35,571 bases of DNA from Solirubrobacterales bacterium (GTDB lineage Bacteria; Actinomycetota; Thermoleophilia; Solirubrobacterales; Solirubrobacteraceae), in the NCBI GenBank assembly GCA_038258125.1, contig JBBSQG010000001.1:1-35571 (forward strand), given 5' to 3'. The notes below the pieces were generated by a model, which saw only the letters and a program-made list of their open reading frames with translations, had not been told where the DNA came from and did no database searches. Positions 11,601 through 18,351 of the stretch are shown here, in pieces. The number at the start of each line of letters is the position of its first letter. Positions within the stretch are counted from its first letter, which is position 1. Position numbers and translations under genes: made by a program.

Positions 11601-12332
11601 GATCCGGCTGCCCTGGACGAGGACGTCCCAGACGTTGCTCGCGCTCGTGGCCGGCGTCGGGTCGACGAAGCTCCAGGTGACGCCGCTGTTCGTGCTCAGC
11701 GCCACGCCGCAGTTCGTGCCGACGGCGAACGTGGCGCCCTGGATCGAGATCCCGAACGCCGACGGCTCGTTGCGCGCGGTCGCCGAGCAGCTGAAGCCGG
11801 CGGGCGTGTTGTCGTTCGCGGTGCCCTCGAGGGTCGGATTGGGCCACGACGTCGCCGGGTGCGTCCACGTGCTGCCGGCGTTCGTGCTCACTTCGATGCC
11901 CGACAGCGGCGCGACCCGGCCGTCGTACCACGAACTCGCGATCACGCGGCTCGCGCTGGCGGGATCGACCTCCACGTCCCACGCGACCGTCGGAATGTGG
12001 CCGTTGAGGTGCGCCCACGAGGAGCCGCCGTTGGAGCTCTTGAACACGCCGCCGTACTCGCTGGCCAGGTAGGAGGTCTGGTTGTCGCCCGGCGTGGCGG
12101 CCATGTGATTGACGCGCCCGCCGGAGGAGGCGTTCGGGTCGCCGGCGTTCGACGACGAATCCGGGTTGATGTCCGTCGGGATGGCGCTGGCGGCGGGAGC
12201 GCAGAGACCTATCAACAGCCCCGCCAGGACGACGGTGCGCGCCCATCGCCACGCCTGCTTGAACGAGCGCGCCACAAACCGGCGGCCGTGGTGAAGACTG
12301 CTTCGCTGCGTCCCTGCCGCTGACTGGCGCAT
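8628..12332 (-). CDS. Large secreted BNR/Asp-box beta-propeller protein with three PKD domains and an unassigned C-terminal domain (1234 aa)
   Basis: GGAGGAG lies 5-6 nt upstream of ATG 12332. Signal peptide VVLAGLLIGLCAPAASA. Eight S-x-D-x-G-x-T/S-W type Asp-boxes, e.g. SSNGGSSW, STNAGSTW, STNSGVTW, STNGGTSW, STDGGTTW, SLDGGANW. PKD-like units: YAWDFDNDGQYDD...VKVTDSDG, IDWGDGAG...VCVSDDD, LRWNWDDGPP...FSALDDDGG. The ~135-aa C-terminal domain carries a DTNGDGQPD Ca-binding-like loop. Confidence 0.9.
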   Translation of the reverse strand: MRQSAAGTQRSSLHHGRRFVARSFKQAWRWARTVVLAGLLIGLCAPAASAIPTDINPDSSSNAGDPNASSGGRVNHMAATPGDNQTSYLASEYGGVFKSSNGGSSWAHLNGHIPTVAWDVEVDPASASRVIASSWYDGRVAPLSGIEVSTNAGSTWTHPATSWPNPTLEGTANDNTPAGFSCSATARNEPSAFGISIQGATFAVGTNCGVALSTNSGVTWSFVDPTPATSASNVWDVLVQGSRIDACGNDGHVFSTNGGTSWSTGGSIPTGRCSIAASPDESDVLFIYAADNNVYESDNAGGAWFNLGNPQPQGRIPFVVTNQRADTPGPTNKFDLWAGDTQLFSADCTTPTDLTNTTTRRCPTSASWTNRQNGAHFDGGDLLFDSQDADGIDACPVLYSSDGGVHTNTIGASPGCQNPTWTRSNVNYHGLWLWTMAGANRATLAGEDLLFGNQDNGTFVTSNAGANPPTWLNPNCCDTFDVLATPTVTLGTVCCYSTGRFNRLERAGAAYAGNAEIPNYPGGGTISGFTWGHRLAGYGTEDNNVALLMSDTLYLTDDIQASPIVWSALPAPPNASAACNVETSLQGATPVFFVQTGQCTGRGDDRLYRYEGTGGGGAWDRLDDNGTLSSGIGIFAVDPNDDDRLYVSDTAGATIRMMFSTDGGTTWTQDTELDTLMTGNGTFKYENASGPSTNKGGAGAQFQGYPQPVLLSYSQVNGNTLVAGGVDSGVFLSLDGGANWSLVTDPFTPGTSGVAHLPRPRYAYFDDEPAGSTTVYIGTQGRGVWRLMFTAPTASAGGPYNTVEGADVQLDASASTGTGLTYAWDFDNDGQYDDATGVNPTFDLVGRDGVFPVSVKVTDSDGAYATASTTVTVANVAPVVGTITTSSPKPENTAVTVSGVVSDAGWLDPLTATIDWGDGAGTVALTGTEEHMRPNGTITYSVDHVYGDDGAFTVTVCVSDDDVGPICDSAVVTITNVNPTATINTSGATDVNGTPVIFGRINTPVAFSGRSTDPGSDDLTLRWNWDDGPPTIDVSTLYLNNPAINPDPDPSPQINPRDVTDNKSHGFGQACTYTVGFSALDDDGGSASASVLVLIRGPVGTHDKSAGYWVHEYRYASGDEIDPVTLGCYLKMVGLLSRVFDEVRDASTFAKAYDILRNGTSSARDRFDRVALTCWLNFANGAFDWNEPRDTNGDGQPDTTFRLAMQAAETVRLNPAATTAQIDAQRKILQTLDS

Positions 12333-12403
12333 GTGCTCCTCCGAAACCCCGTTTTGCGGTCGACCGCCGCCACGCGGAACATCTCAGATCCCCCGACAGG
12401 GCA

Positions 12404-12423
12404 TGTGTGAGATGTGTCACACA
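12404..12423. promoter_or_regulatory. Perfect CRP/FNR-type palindrome TGTGTGA-N6-TCACACA upstream of the BNR/PKD gene
   Basis: Read directly: TGTGA at 12406-12410, spacer GATGTG, TCACA at 12417-12421. The arms extend to 7 bp. The centre lies about 81 nt upstream of ATG 12332, in a locally lower-GC stretch. Confidence 0.5.
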
Positions 12424-12503
12424 ACTACGAGGGCGAGATGGGCACGACGGCGCTCGTCGCAGCGAGCCTGCGGCACGCGCAGTCCGGCGGCGTCGCGCAC
12501 GCG

Positions 12504-12674
12504 CTAGATGGTTGATTCCAATTCCCGCACCCACGGATGACAGGCCAGGATCGGCGCCGGCTCGCCACCCGCACGCTCGCAGGTACTACCGGTACGTGCT
12601 TCGGGTCCGTGCGGCGCCCGGCATCCGCCCTGACCTGCCCCCGCGCGCACGGTGATTCAGAATCAACCATCTAG
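12504..12674. repeat. 15-bp perfect inverted repeat pair (CTAGATGGTTGATTC at 12504-12518; GAATCAACCATCTAG at 12660-12674) bracketing 141 nt
   Basis: Read directly on both strands. The arms are AT-richer than their surroundings. The right arm overlaps a 13-bp palindrome and the mce -10/SD region. Confidence 0.6.
12653..12665. promoter_or_regulatory. 13-bp perfect palindrome TGATTC-A-GAATCA, a candidate operator upstream of mce
   Basis: Read directly. It lies 20 nt upstream of ATG 12685 and next to TAGGAT (12672-12677), a TANNNT -10-like hexamer. Confidence 0.4.
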
Positions 12675-12684
12675 GATGCGGGCC

Positions 12685-13095
12685 ATGTTCACCCGCGTCG
12701 ATCACATCGGCGTCGCGGTCGAGGACCTCGACGCGTCGCTGGAGCTCTACGAGCGCGACTACGGCATGACGCTCGTCCATCGCGAGACGATCGCCGAGCA
12801 GGGCGTCGAGGCGGTGCTGCTCGACGTCGGCGAGAACCACGTCGAGCTGCTCGCCGCGACCGGCCCCGATACGCCCGTCGGCAGGTTCCTCGCCAAGAAA
12901 GGTCCCGGCATGCATCACGTCGCCTATCAGGTCCAAGACATCGAGGCGACCCTTGCGGCGCTCAAGCAGGCGGGCCTGCGGCTCATCGACGAGTCGCCGC
13001 GCACGGGCATCCGCGACTCGCGCGTCGCGTTCCTGCATCCCGCGACCGCGGGCGGGCTGCTGACCGAGATCGTCCAGCCGGCGGAGAAGCACTGA
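12685..13095 (+). CDS. mce: Methylmalonyl-CoA epimerase (VOC/glyoxalase-fold)
   Basis: MFTRVDHIGVAVEDLDASLELYERDYGM...GPGMHHVAYQVQDIEATLAALKQAGLRLIDESPRTG...VAFLHP...GGLLTEIVQ is the typical Mce pattern. I place the start at ATG 12685; the track start at 12652 adds non-conserved residues. Confidence 0.85.
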   Translation: MFTRVDHIGVAVEDLDASLELYERDYGMTLVHRETIAEQGVEAVLLDVGENHVELLAATGPDTPVGRFLAKKGPGMHHVAYQVQDIEATLAALKQAGLRLIDESPRTGIRDSRVAFLHPATAGGLLTEIVQPAEKH

Positions 13096-13316
13096 TGGCG
13101 CTTCAGCGAGTGACGATCGGCTTTGCCGCCGGCGGACAGGTGCTGGCCGTCAAGATGGAGGACGCGGCGCTTGACACGCTGCTGAGCGCCGTCGCGAGCG
13201 GCGACTGGCACGACCTGACCGTCGACGAAGGCACGATCCGTCTGAACCTCAGCCAGGTCGTCTACGTGCGCACGGCGCGCGACGAGCACCGCGTCGGCTT
13301 CGGCCTCGGCACCTGA
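13095..13316 (+). CDS. Small conserved-looking hypothetical protein (73 aa), coupled to mce
   Basis: The ATG shares one nt with the mce TGA (TGATG). High GC3. No family confidently recognised. Confidence 0.5.
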   Translation: MALQRVTIGFAAGGQVLAVKMEDAALDTLLSAVASGDWHDLTVDEGTIRLNLSQVVYVRTARDEHRVGFGLGT

Positions 13317-13465
13317 CGGGGGCGACGCCGCTCACGCCGGGTGGCGTGGGGCACGAGCAGCGCGAGGCCGGCCAGGTAACCGGCATGCGAGCACGTGACG
13401 AGCAACTCCGCCGGGGTCCTGCGATCTACGGGCCTCATGGGCCCGCGAATCGCAAGACCCCCCCG

Positions 13466-14740
13466 CTACAGCTCGCGTCGCGCGACACGGGTGATCGCCT
13501 CGCCGGCGCGGGCGCGCAGGGAGCGACGGTTCCAGCGCGCCAGGTCGATCTCCGACGAGCGCGCCAGGTCGCGCTCGAACTGCGCGTCGAGCCGGCCGGT
13601 GAACTCGCTCGAGCACACGCACAGCGTCGCCTCGTCCTGCAGCTGGAAGGAGCGGTTGTCGAAGTTCACCGAGCCGACTGACGACCACCGTCCGTCGATC
13701 GTCAGCGTCTTGGCGTGGATCATCGTCGGGCAGAACTCGTAGATCCGCACCCCGCCGCCGAGCAGCTGCTCGTAGACCGAGCGACCGGCCTGGCGCACGA
13801 GCTCCTTGTCGGTGTGCGGGCCGGGCACGAGCACGCGCACGTCGACGCCGCGCTGCGCCGCCTCGGTCAGCGCCTCGACAAACGCCGGCCGTGGCGCGAA
13901 GTAGGCCGACGTGAGGTGCAGCGTCGTGCGGGCGCAGGCGATCGCCAGGAAGTAGAGCGCCTCGACGTTCGTGTCGCCGACCTCGGCCGTCGAGCGCACG
14001 ACCTGCATAGCGCCGTCGTCGCAGACCCTCTCCAGCGCAGGCAGGTGGTCGGGCCCGACGAGCACGTCGCCGGTCGCCTCCAGCCAGTTCTCGGCGAATG
14101 CGCCCTGCAGCCCGCGCACGACCGGCCCGCGAACGCGGACGTGCGTGTCACGCCAGTGATCGGGGTCCTGGGCGTGGCCGGTCCACTGGTCGGCGATGCC
14201 GACGCCGCCGGTCATGCCGATCTCGCCGTCGGCGATCAAGAGCTTGCGGTGCGTGCGGTTGTTCAGGCGGCGGATGGCGTACGGCTTGGGCGGGCGGAAG
14301 TAGGCGAACGTCACGCCGGCCGCCTCCATCGCGCGCACGAGACCGCGGTCCATCTTCGCGCTGCCGACGGCATCGAGCAGCACGTTGACCTGGACCCCGG
14401 CCTGCGCGCGCTCGCACAGCGCGTCGGCGATCCGGCCCGCGATGTCCCCGCTCCAGTACAGGTAGGAGAGGAAGTTCAGCGAGCGCTGCGCGCCGGCCAT
14501 CGTCTCGAGCATCGCCGGGAAGATCTCGTCACCGTTGATGAACAGCTCGATCGCGTTGCCGTGCGTGACCGGCGCCATCGTGAGCGCCTCGGTGGCGCGC
14601 AGGAAGGCGTCGGAGCCGACCTCGATGGCTTCACCGCGGAGCTCATAGCCCTGGCCCTGCTCGCGACGGTGGCGAAGCGAGTCGGCGGCGTAGCGCGCGG
14701 CGAGCGCGACGGCGATCGCGGCCGGCCAGCGCTTGTTCAC
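13466..14740 (-). CDS. cls: Cardiolipin synthase / phospholipase D-family phosphatidyltransferase
   Basis: Two HKD motifs: HRKLLIADGEIGMTGGVGIAD and IHAKTLTIDGRWSSVGSVNFDNRS. The GTG start overlaps the stop of the upstream lipid kinase gene (GTGA). Confidence 0.9.
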   Translation of the reverse strand: MNKRWPAAIAVALAARYAADSLRHRREQGQGYELRGEAIEVGSDAFLRATEALTMAPVTHGNAIELFINGDEIFPAMLETMAGAQRSLNFLSYLYWSGDIAGRIADALCERAQAGVQVNVLLDAVGSAKMDRGLVRAMEAAGVTFAYFRPPKPYAIRRLNNRTHRKLLIADGEIGMTGGVGIADQWTGHAQDPDHWRDTHVRVRGPVVRGLQGAFAENWLEATGDVLVGPDHLPALERVCDDGAMQVVRSTAEVGDTNVEALYFLAIACARTTLHLTSAYFAPRPAFVEALTEAAQRGVDVRVLVPGPHTDKELVRQAGRSVYEQLLGGGVRIYEFCPTMIHAKTLTIDGRWSSVGSVNFDNRSFQLQDEATLCVCSSEFTGRLDAQFERDLARSSEIDLARWNRRSLRARAGEAITRVARREL

Positions 14741-15627
14741 GACGCCACGACGACGTCGAAGCCGCCCTCGTGCAGGCTGAAGCGGGGCGGCTCGCAGCGG
14801 CAGATCTCGCCGTCGACGTTGAACGTCGGGTGGCCGGCGATCACGACCTCGATCCGCGCACCGCGTTCGTGCGTGACGTCATGCTGCGCGGTCAGCGTCC
14901 CGGCCCGCATCCCGTAGGCACGGCGCACGAGCCCTGCGCGCGAGCCCGCGGGGATGACCGCGACGTCGAGCCGCCCGTCGTCGGGCCGCATACCGCCGAT
15001 CTCGCTGCCGCCGCCGAAGGCGCCGGTCACGCCGACGACGACCTGCCACGCGTTACCGGCGTAGCGGGCGGCGCCGTCGCAGGCGATCACGCAGCACAGT
15101 GTCGGGGCGGTGACCCCCGCCTTCAGCGCGCCGAGCGTGTAGGCGAGCGGGCCGAAGCGCGACTTGTGCGGCTGCGCAGCGTGCGCGGCGGCGACCGACA
15201 GCCCCGCCGCGGCGGCGTTGACAAACGGGCGCTCGCCGGCCCACCCGAGCTCGGCGCGAGTCGTCGGCGCCGCCGGGTCGCGGGCCAGCCTGCATGCCTC
15301 GTCGAGGTCGAGCGGCAGGCCCTTGGCGCGGGCGAAGTCGTTCGCTGTGCCGACGGCGATCACCGCGAGCGGGACGCCGAGCATGGCGGCGCACAGGGCT
15401 GCCGCACCGATCGAGCCGTCGCCGCCGGCGACGACGAGGCGATCGGGGGCGCCGTTGGCGGTCAGCGCCGCGAGGGCCCCGTCCGCGAGGTCGCCGTCGT
15501 CCTCGTCGGCGATCTGCTCGATCGACACGTGCGAGACATGTGTGCCGCCGGCGCCCAGCAGCGCGTCCAGGTCGGCCCGATCGGGAGCTGTCCCCGAATG
15601 GGGGTTGGCGATCAGGACGAGGCGCAC
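14737..15627 (-). CDS. Diacylglycerol/lipid kinase family protein (YegS/DagK-like)
   Basis: LVLIANPHSG...LVVAGGDGSIGAAA matches the DAGK catalytic domain pattern. I favour the start at GTG 15627 (VRLVLIANP). The track start at 15747 adds an Arg/Pro/Ala-rich 40-aa extension. The start remains uncertain. Confidence 0.75.
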   Translation of the reverse strand: MRLVLIANPHSGTAPDRADLDALLGAGGTHVSHVSIEQIADEDDGDLADGALAALTANGAPDRLVVAGGDGSIGAAALCAAMLGVPLAVIAVGTANDFARAKGLPLDLDEACRLARDPAAPTTRAELGWAGERPFVNAAAAGLSVAAAHAAQPHKSRFGPLAYTLGALKAGVTAPTLCCVIACDGAARYAGNAWQVVVGVTGAFGGGSEIGGMRPDDGRLDVAVIPAGSRAGLVRRAYGMRAGTLTAQHDVTHERGARIEVVIAGHPTFNVDGEICRCEPPRFSLHEGGFDVVVAS

Positions 15628-15767
15628 GCGGGCCAGTGTGCCCGATCGGCCCGCCTCCGACGCGGGACGCCTTGGCTGTCTGGCGGCTCGGCGGCTACGG
15701 GCGCGGGGCGGCCGGGCGGGCGCCCACGATGCGCCGGGGCCAGACACGGGACCACTAAGGTCATCCG

Positions 15768-16346
15768 GTGCTCTTCACCCCCGTGCCGCCGGCCGCCGAT
15801 CCCGCCGCGCGCCGTTCGCTGCGCGCGCGCTGGAGCGCCGGCCCGCTCGGGCGCGCCGTCGCCAAGCTCGACCTGCGCCTGTATCGCCTGCTGCGCGAGC
15901 ACGGCCACGGGCCGGCGCTCGAGCTGCCGATCCGTCGCTTCTCGCGCCTCGGCGAGCATGCCGGGGTGTGGCTCGTGCTCGGCCTGGCGGGCGCGGCGGC
16001 CGACGGCGCGCGCCGCGAGCACTGGCTGCGCGCCGCGCGCTCGGTGCTCGTCGCCTACGTGCTCAACACCCTGCTGAAGACCGTCGTGCGCCGCAAGCGC
16101 CCGCAGCTGGAGAACTGGCCCGCGCTGATCGCGACGCCCACCGCGCTGAGCTTCCCCTCGGCGCATGCGTCCTCGTCGTTCGCCGCGGCGCGCGCCTACT
16201 CGTCGCTGCTGCCGGGCCAGCCGCTCTACGTGGCGGCCGGCGCGATGGCGCTGTCGCGCGTCTACCTGGGGGTGCATTACCCCTCTGACATCGCGGCCGG
16301 CGCGCTGCTGGGAACGCTCGTCGGCGCAGCGGGACGGGCGCGATGA
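15768..16346 (+). CDS. PAP2-superfamily phosphatase (phosphatidic acid / undecaprenyl-PP phosphatase type)
   Basis: All three PAP2 motifs are present: KTVVRRKRP, SFPSAHAS, SRVYLGVHYPSDIAAG. It is divergent from the kinase-cls pair. Confidence 0.85.
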   Translation: MLFTPVPPAADPAARRSLRARWSAGPLGRAVAKLDLRLYRLLREHGHGPALELPIRRFSRLGEHAGVWLVLGLAGAAADGARREHWLRAARSVLVAYVLNTLLKTVVRRKRPQLENWPALIATPTALSFPSAHASSSFAAARAYSSLLPGQPLYVAAGAMALSRVYLGVHYPSDIAAGALLGTLVGAAGRAR

Positions 16347-17422
16347 AGGTCGGCATCGTCGGAATGCCCAACGCGGGCAAGTCGTCGCTGTTCAACGCGC
16401 TGACGCAGGCCGGCGCGGAGGCGGCGAACTACCCCTTCACGACGATCGAGCCGAACATCGCCGTCGTGCCCGTCGAGGACGAGCGGCTCGTCGCAGTGTC
16501 CGAGACGATCGGCGCCTCGAACATCGTCTGGGACACGATCTACTTCCACGACATCGCGGGCCTCGTCGCGGGCGCGCACAGCGGCGAGGGCCTGGGCAAC
16601 CGCTTCCTGGCGAACATCCGCGAGACCGACGCGATCCTCCACGTGGTCCGCGCTCACCACGACGACAACGTCATCCACCCCGAGGGGCGCGTCGATCCGA
16701 TGGCCGACATCGAGACGATCGAGACCGAGCTCATCTTCGCCGACCTCGAGCAGGCCGAGCGTCGCCATGCCCGCGTCGTGCGCGACGCGCGCGGCGGCGA
16801 GCGCACGGCGGTCGCCGAGGAGGCCTGGCTGCGTGAGCTGATCGACGCGCTGCACGCCGGCCGGCCGGCCCGCACGGTGCCGCCGCCCAAGGACGCGCCG
16901 CACGCGCTGCGCGAGCTCGGCCCGCTGACGGCCAAGCCGGTGCTGTTCGTCGCCAACGTCGACGAGGGCGCAGACGAGGTGCCGGCCGAGATCGCCGCCC
17001 ATGCCGAGGCGCAGGGCGCGGTCGCCGTCGCGGTCTCCAGCCGGATCGAGGCCGAGCTGCGCGAGCTCGAGGACGAGGACGCGGCGGCGATGCGCGCCGA
17101 TCTCGGGATCGCCGAGTCGAGCCTGCAGCGGGTCGTCGGCGGCGCCTTCTCGCTGCTGGACCTGATCGCGTTCTTCACCGCCGGCGAGGACAAGCCGGCG
17201 CAGTCCTGGCACCTGCGCCGCGGGCTGACGGCCTGGCACGCGGCGGGCGAGATCCACTCCGACATCCAGCGCGGCTTCGTGCGCGCGGAGGTCGTCGGCT
17301 GGGACGCGCTGACCGACGCCGGCGGCTACGCCGGCGCCCGCGATCGAGGCACGCTGCGCCTGGAGGGGCGCGACTACGCGATGCGCGACGGCGACGTGCT
17401 GACGGTGAAGTTCACCCCGTAG
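16343..17422 (+). CDS. ychF: Ribosome-binding / redox-regulated ATPase YchF
   Basis: MKVGIVGMPNAGKSSLFNALT, ANYPFTTIEPN, DIAGLVAGA, a coiled-coil insertion and the C-terminal TGS-like domain (RAEVV...DGDVL). ATGA overlap with the PAP2 gene. Confidence 0.95.
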   Translation: MKVGIVGMPNAGKSSLFNALTQAGAEAANYPFTTIEPNIAVVPVEDERLVAVSETIGASNIVWDTIYFHDIAGLVAGAHSGEGLGNRFLANIRETDAILHVVRAHHDDNVIHPEGRVDPMADIETIETELIFADLEQAERRHARVVRDARGGERTAVAEEAWLRELIDALHAGRPARTVPPPKDAPHALRELGPLTAKPVLFVANVDEGADEVPAEIAAHAEAQGAVAVAVSSRIEAELRELEDEDAAAMRADLGIAESSLQRVVGGAFSLLDLIAFFTAGEDKPAQSWHLRRGLTAWHAAGEIHSDIQRGFVRAEVVGWDALTDAGGYAGARDRGTLRLEGRDYAMRDGDVLTVKFTP

Positions 17423-17736
17423 CCACGCCGGCCGCGCATCGCCGGTCTCAGCGTGCGCGCTTGTACTGCTCCCACGTCCGCTTGGCGACCTTGCGGCCGG
17501 CGGCGCGCAGCATCGCCCGCGTGCGGCAGCGGATAGGTCTTCCCGACGGCAGCGTTGCGTCCAGCCCACGCCGGACGGACGTGCCGGCGCCCGGGCGTGC
17601 TCTCACGGAGCGCTCACGCCGTGTTGGCCGACGATGAGAGTCGCCACACCGCGCCCCTGCTCCCCGGCCGTTGCGGCTTGGACCCTCCGCGACACGTCCC
17701 GTACCTACGGCGGACAACCACGACCGGGAGCGCCCG

Positions 17737-18123
17737 ATGGCCACCACGCAGGAGTCCTTCATCACCGGCGTCGACTTCGTCACCGTCCCGACGAACGACT
17801 TCGACGCCTCCGTCGAGTTCTACGCCAATGTGCTCGGCCTACCGCAGGGCAAGCGGTGGGGGACGATGCCGGCGATGGAGTTCCAGGCCGGCGCGCTGAC
17901 GATCGCCGTCATGGACCCGACCGCGTTCGGCCAGCCGTTCGTTGCCCACAGCGTGCCGATCGCCTTCCAGGTCGACGACGTCGCCGCCGCCCGTGAGGCG
18001 CTGGAGGCCAAGGGCGTGACGTTCGTCACGGACATGATCGACAGCGGCACCTGCCACCAGGCGATCTTTCTCGACCCGGCCGGAAACTCGCTGGACCTGC
18101 ACCACATCTACGGGGCGCGCTGA
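17737..18123 (+). CDS. VOC-family (glyoxalase/bleomycin-resistance/dioxygenase fold) protein
   Basis: GVDFVTVPTNDFDASVEFYANVLGL...IAFQVDDVAAAREALEAKGVTF...FLDPAGNSLDL. GGGAG lies 6 nt upstream of ATG 17737. The track start at 17671 has no support. Confidence 0.8.
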   Translation: MATTQESFITGVDFVTVPTNDFDASVEFYANVLGLPQGKRWGTMPAMEFQAGALTIAVMDPTAFGQPFVAHSVPIAFQVDDVAAAREALEAKGVTFVTDMIDSGTCHQAIFLDPAGNSLDLHHIYGAR

Positions 18124-18351
18124 CCCGAACCGGGGCTCGCGGTCCCGACCCTTTAATGAGGCGGAGGCCCGCTATCGCGGACCTCGGCCATCAGAAGATC
18201 AGGCTTGTGTGGCAGGGGGACGTTCCAACTGAGAATGTCTCAGCCCTCCGGTCGCCGTCGCTGTCTGACCTGACTGACCATAGCGCGCCGGCAGCCTGCG
18301 TCCGCTCCGCGTCCACGCTGCGGGCACCGCGCGTCCCGCCGACGAGGCGCG

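Noticed and set aside
9138-12323. 1061-aa + strand ORF across the whole BNR/PKD gene; similar giant shadow ORFs at 5452..7461(-), 6770..7948(-), 25774..27240(-), 28052..29530(-), 30061..31446(-), 31690..33204(+) and 34453..35418(-)
   Set aside because: Each lies opposite or out of frame to a CDS with clear family motifs and high GC3. Their products are low-complexity R/A/G/P/D strings without signal peptides or motifs.
12519-12659. Possible cobalamin riboswitch upstream of mce, considered because mce belongs to a B12-linked pathway
   Set aside because: The only B12-box-like string (AGGCCAGGATCGGCGCC) departs from the consensus after GGA, and I could not find the other conserved elements. An Infernal scan with RF00174 would settle it.
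13466-16346. Lipid kinase-cls operon divergent from the PAP2 phosphatase, considered as a novel system
   Set aside because: All three are ordinary phospholipid-metabolism families with intact motifs. The clustering is sensible but not unusual.
17448-17783. 111-aa minus-strand ORF in the ychF/VOC intergenic region, including a possible 21-aa basic peptide MLRAAGRKVAKRTWEQYKRAR
   Set aside because: The long version overlaps the VOC gene start and is low-complexity. The short version has no SD, no paralogue and no recognisable family, so I cannot support it from sequence alone.
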